The notes below the pieces were generated by a model. It worked only from the letters and a program-made list of their open reading frames with translations. It made no database searches and was not told the origin of the DNA. This document shows positions 59,801 to 64,000 of a DNA stretch of 64,000 bases, piece by piece; positions within the stretch are counted from its first letter, which is position 1; each line of letters starts with the position of its first letter. The translations under genes and the position numbers were made by a program. Source of the DNA: Mesotaenium endlicherianum (Eukaryota); contig WELA01001035.1 in assembly GCA_009602735.1 (NCBI GenBank), positions 13,498 through 77,497 of the forward strand, read 5' to 3'.

Positions 59801-62625
59801 ACCGGATGCAAAGAAGCTTATGAGCCACGAGTGGATCCGCACGTCTCACCGGATGCTGCAGAGGTCCCTCCAGCGAGATGGTGGCCACATCAGGTGCTGC
59901 TGCTCTCCGTATCTCTACTTCATGACAGGTGCTCTTTCTTGGGGAGTAGCTGGCCCGCTGGGTCGTGGCGTGATGGGTCGTACTAATAGCAGGATAGTGT
60001 GACCCCTGGTTGACTGAGCAGCAACGTACCGGAGGTGTCCACAGTGGTAGAGCGTACAATAGAAGATGTTAAATTGGACGACTGCGCTGCTGGTACTACC
60101 TGCTCGTTGGCGACCCCCTCGTCTGCTCCTCCTTCGCCGCCTGTCAGTTCCATTCCCCTTATCCTCAGTGAACAAATTGAACCCCAATTGAATTCTGAGA
60201 CGTAGTTGGGTTATCATGTGTGGGCACAACTAGCGGACAAGACTGCATTCTGAAAGAGCAGGCAACTGGCGCTGGTGGGGTTGGCAGGTCGGGAGGAATG
60301 AGGACGGGGGTGCGGGTGCAAAAGAAGGGGCAGGGGCGGGGGCGGGGGCGGGAACAGGTGGCAGGCAGGCAGAGCATCCAGGCATGCGTGATCTGCCATG
60401 GGGTGCACATAAATCACTTGCCAAGGTGGCTCGCTCGGCTCGGACAGCTGGCAAGGATAGTGGGGCTGTGGGTGTTACTGGTGGGCCAGGTCCTCCCGAC
60501 GATGCAGCATCACCTCATGGGGGGAGCGCCGCAGCTGAAGAGGTCGTCGTCATCGCTGGGCATAGTAGTGGCATCCCCCGATCATCGAGCTCTCTCCGCT
60601 TGAACGAGGATACACTCGCCGCAGCTCCCGCTGCTCCTACTGGCAATGGTGCTGCTGTCCATCCTGCACCCCAGGTGTGCCCCTGTCTTGGCGACCAACT
60701 CCGTTGGCAACGTGCCTCTCTGCAAAGGTTATACTCCAAAGGGGTTGTAGATGCTACCCCCGACCCACCTTTTGCTAGAGAGTTGACATTATCTAAAATC
60801 TGCAGCTTGGATGTGCCTGCAGAAGGAGAACGGTGCTAGGCCTGCGAGGCGAGGGCGAGATTTGAAGAGCTACGAGGACAAGGAGGGAGACAGGGACGTG
60901 GAGGAGATGTTGGCCTCCTGCAGTATTTCAGGCAGCAGTGTGGACAAGCGGGGAGCAGGGGCTGGCGCTGGTGCGGGCAGCGCAGGCCTCGTCCGTCAGC
61001 TCAGGCGGCGCATGGAGCACCGCAGGGCCGTTGCGCGCGCTGCCCTGGAAGGAAGTCGCGAGGATGACGACCCCTTTGTGCTTGCCATGGAGGCTCTTCC
61101 CAATGACGTGCCTGAGGTATGCCAGGTGGCATCTCCACGTTGTAACTGGGATGGAGCGGTGTAGAGTCCCCCTCCCCGACTATCTCTGGGCCTCAAGGCA
61201 GCCAGCTCTGCATATTGACACAACCGGATAGGAAGCCTCCTATTGGCAACGCTGCTGACTTTCTTGTGTCGCGTCATGACTGGTATTTTGCAAGCGGGAT
61301 GTTGCTTGCTGGCATGCTGTGTGTGCGACACGTGGTCTGTGTGTGCTTCGATGCTGCAACTTAGCGAGTCGTTTCATCTGGAAACGTGGGGTGTAATGCT
61401 GCTGTGTGGTTATTGAGTAATGGGGTGCACTTATGGGCGTGGGAGAGCAGGGTGGCGAGGCAGCTGTGGTGAGCCAAGACCAGCTGCACCGACAGGTCTC
61501 ATCCTCTTCTATATGCTCCAAGATTCTTCTGTCGCACTAGTGCCATCTTTCCTTTTCCTGCCGCCCTTGCGCCGTCCTTCGCAGTTTTTGGCCCACATAT
61601 CCCAAAGAGGGCGAGCTCAAGCATTGCAGGCAGTGGGGATGGGTGCGAGAGGGAGGTGCAGACAGGCGAGGTGGCAAGGTTAATGGCGGACCTGGACCCC
61701 CAGCAGCCGGAGGAGCTCTCGCTGGCCGCGTGCCAGCAGCTGCTGGACATGGGGCGCGACAATCCCCTCCACACGGCCCATGCCATGACGTCGCACTCTG
61801 TGGTCCCTCTGGCAGAGCTCATGGAGGCCTCCAACAGCCATGAGGTAGGCGCTGCCACCACCAAAGCTGCGGCTGTTCGCCACCCTTCCCTCCTCCTCCT
61901 CCTCTTCTCCTTCTTCCTCCCCCTTCGTGACGTGCAGGCTTTGGATTCTGCAGGAGGGGTATGAGTGGAGCACAGTTGCGGGAAAGATAAGCGTGCAGGT
62001 GGGAGGGGGGAGTTTGCGCAGGTGGTGCAAGCTGGCCTGGAGTTGGTGGCCCTCTTGGGAGCCCACCACACTCAGTTCTTGGAAGACCTCTGCATGTCGG
62101 GCTTGGTGCGCGCTCTTCTCACCCTTTTTCTGCCCCCTCCATGTTTCAAGCCCCGCTGCTTTTTGGCGCTGGGAGCCGGGGAGCAGCTTATTTTCCCTAG
62201 TGCTGTTGATGAGGTAAGAATGTTGAGACTTGAGTAACTCTCCTGCTGCAGCTTCTGCTACTCCTGCTCGCTCCTATTTCCAAAATGTTTGAGAAGGACT
62301 AACACCGTGCCGGCGAGCACCTTGTCGTGTGATGTGATGGGCAGATACCCACGGTGCTGGTGCTGGCAGGCGCGGAGAGGTCACGCTCAGAGATCAGAAT
62401 GCAGGCTGCGTCTGTTGTGCACCTGCTCTGCCATACTAGGTGCTTCTTCTTCCCTGTCCCACACTCCACGCGTGCCTCCATGCTGCCGAGCTTGCCCCCC
62501 CCCGTCTTTATTTGGAATAGAGCCCCAGTTTTGGGTCCTGGGAAATACTTCTGGAGTCAGCAAGGGGTTTGCTGGCCCGTCCCTTGCTGAGGATGTATGC
62601 AACTGGGGGGGGGGGGGGGGGGGGN

Positions 62626-62680
<55 letters not shown>

Positions 62681-64000
62681 CGCTGCTGGACCCCACCCCT
62701 TCTTCATTAATGGCTACCAGGCTGCAGCCAGCTGGAGCTGCTTCTGATGTTTGTGGCCTGCCGTGGCGTGCCTCTTTTTGGGTTTTATTTTCTGGCCCTG
62801 TTGGTAGGATAATGAGGGGGCCTACTGACACCTTCCTCTCTGGGGCTGTGTGTGAGTGTTTGTGTGTGCTGACAGCGAGCTGGCGCTGCACATGTTTGTA
62901 GCATGCCGGGGCTTGCCTGTGCTCGTCAGCTTCCTGGAGACCGACACGTCCAAGCACAGGTGCGCTCACTCTCTGGTGCTGCATGGGCATCTTTGGCAGA
63001 CCCCTCTTTGCCCCCCTCTTCTCATCAGGAACTTGATGACTGGCATGCTAGGCCTACGACTCTGTGGAAGAGAGGGAGGCCTGCGGGTGTGACAGAGGGC
63101 TCTGTATGGGTGACGTCAGCCACGCCTGTCTCTGTGAGGGTGCCTTGCCATTCAAGCTCCCCCTTTCATTACGAGAAGGGCACTGCTCAGGCAGAGAGAG
63201 GAGTATGGGGTGGTGGGGAGGTGCAGGGAGCTGGTGCGCATAGGGCTGGAGGGGATGGCGCGCCTAGTGGAGCAGCGTTGCGCGGCCCCCCGCAGCGACC
63301 TGTGCTGCATCCTGGCCAAGAGCGGCGCGCTGTTGCGCCTGGCCAACACGCTGCACTCCCTCTGCTCCCCCGTGGACCCCCTGGGCCTTCCTGGGTTGGG
63401 CTCCAAGTCCAGGACTTTGCGTGAGCAGCCGTGGCCGCACTCCCCCCACATCCTCCAGCCTCCAGCTCTTTCTCTCTTCTTTCTCTCTCACCCACACACA
63501 CTCACCCGCACACTCTTTCTTTCTCCTTTTCTCCCTTTCTGAAATCAACAAACTGGTGCACATACTCTCTCTCTCACGCATATGCATGCACCTAGTATGC
63601 CGCTGAGGGCCTGGCCTCCCCAACCTGCTGCCTCCTGCCTGCCCCTGAGGCAGTTACCCTTTGTGTGGTGTACCCAGCGCTGCTACCCTTTCTTCTCCTC
63701 TGTGCATACAGTGCCATTGTCTTCCTTCGCACAGCTTGCCGCTGCTGAGACATGCGCCTGTTTGTTTGTCTGCCTTTGCCTGTGTCTGCGCAGCAGAAGG
63801 GGGCGAGAAGGGGGCTCCCCTTGTGAGGGGGCTGTCGGTGGATGCGGTGCCGACGCACAGAAGGGGCACCAGGGGCAGCTCTGGCGGCTCTATGGGGGGG
63901 GGGCCTACCGACTTCACTTATCCCATCATGCCTGTTGCACCGCCTCCCTCTTCAAGGAGTGGCAGCGGCGGGTTTGGGGTGGAGCCTGTGCTGAGCGAAG
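56872..64000 (+). CDS. MAP3KE1: MAP3K-epsilon (Cdc7/Cdc15-like) Ser/Thr kinase, multi-exon, probably incomplete at the window end
   Basis: Exons 56872-56931 ([20 protein letters not shown]), 57032-57166 (GKGAYG, VAIK), 57522-57542, 57735-57808, 58010-58100, 58407-58490 (HRDIKGAN), 58728-58826 ([12 protein letters not shown]), 59197-59328, 59580-59651, 59787-59893. Further ARM-like exons to at least 63420 ([35 protein letters not shown]). Confidence 0.9.
59411..59467. repeat. 10-bp tandem repeat TTCCAGT(AAT/CAC) in an intron
   Basis: About six units seen directly. Confidence 0.85.
62605..62680. repeat. Poly-G run containing an N
   Basis: Direct observation; length unreliable. Confidence 0.8.

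Noticed and set aside
62605..62680. Poly-Gly/poly-Pro ORFs or a G-quadruplex element
   Set aside because: Intronic homopolymer containing an N; length is probably a sequencing or scaffolding artefact.

Overview
Eukaryotic DNA, most likely from a streptophyte green alga or another plant-lineage genome (inferred from the spliced plant-type genes). Bases 1-43,900 are a nest of degenerate Ty3/gypsy LTR retrotransposons. Three chromodomain-bearing families (here A, B and C) have recognisable LTRs, PBS, PPT and target-site duplications (TSDs). Two members of a different gypsy lineage end their integrase in a PHD finger instead of a chromodomain. The standout is a GC-rich ~11.7 kb insertion on the minus strand (4627-16342) with the order gag - protease - DNMT3-like C5 cytosine methyltransferase - RT - RNase H - integrase - PHD. 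The methyltransferase is in the same reading frame as RT, and the two ends of the insertion are not matching LTRs. Family A also carries an unexplained, probably spliced accessory ORF between pol and the 3' LTR. Bases 45,678-64,000 hold two divergently transcribed host genes, a PRRC2/BAT2-N-like gene (minus) and a MAP3K-epsilon/Cdc15-like kinase (plus). Many of their introns have unusual G-rich 3' splice sites. A PP2C fragment sits inside the first gene at an N junction. Several single-N and poly-N joins mean some junctions may be assembly artefacts.
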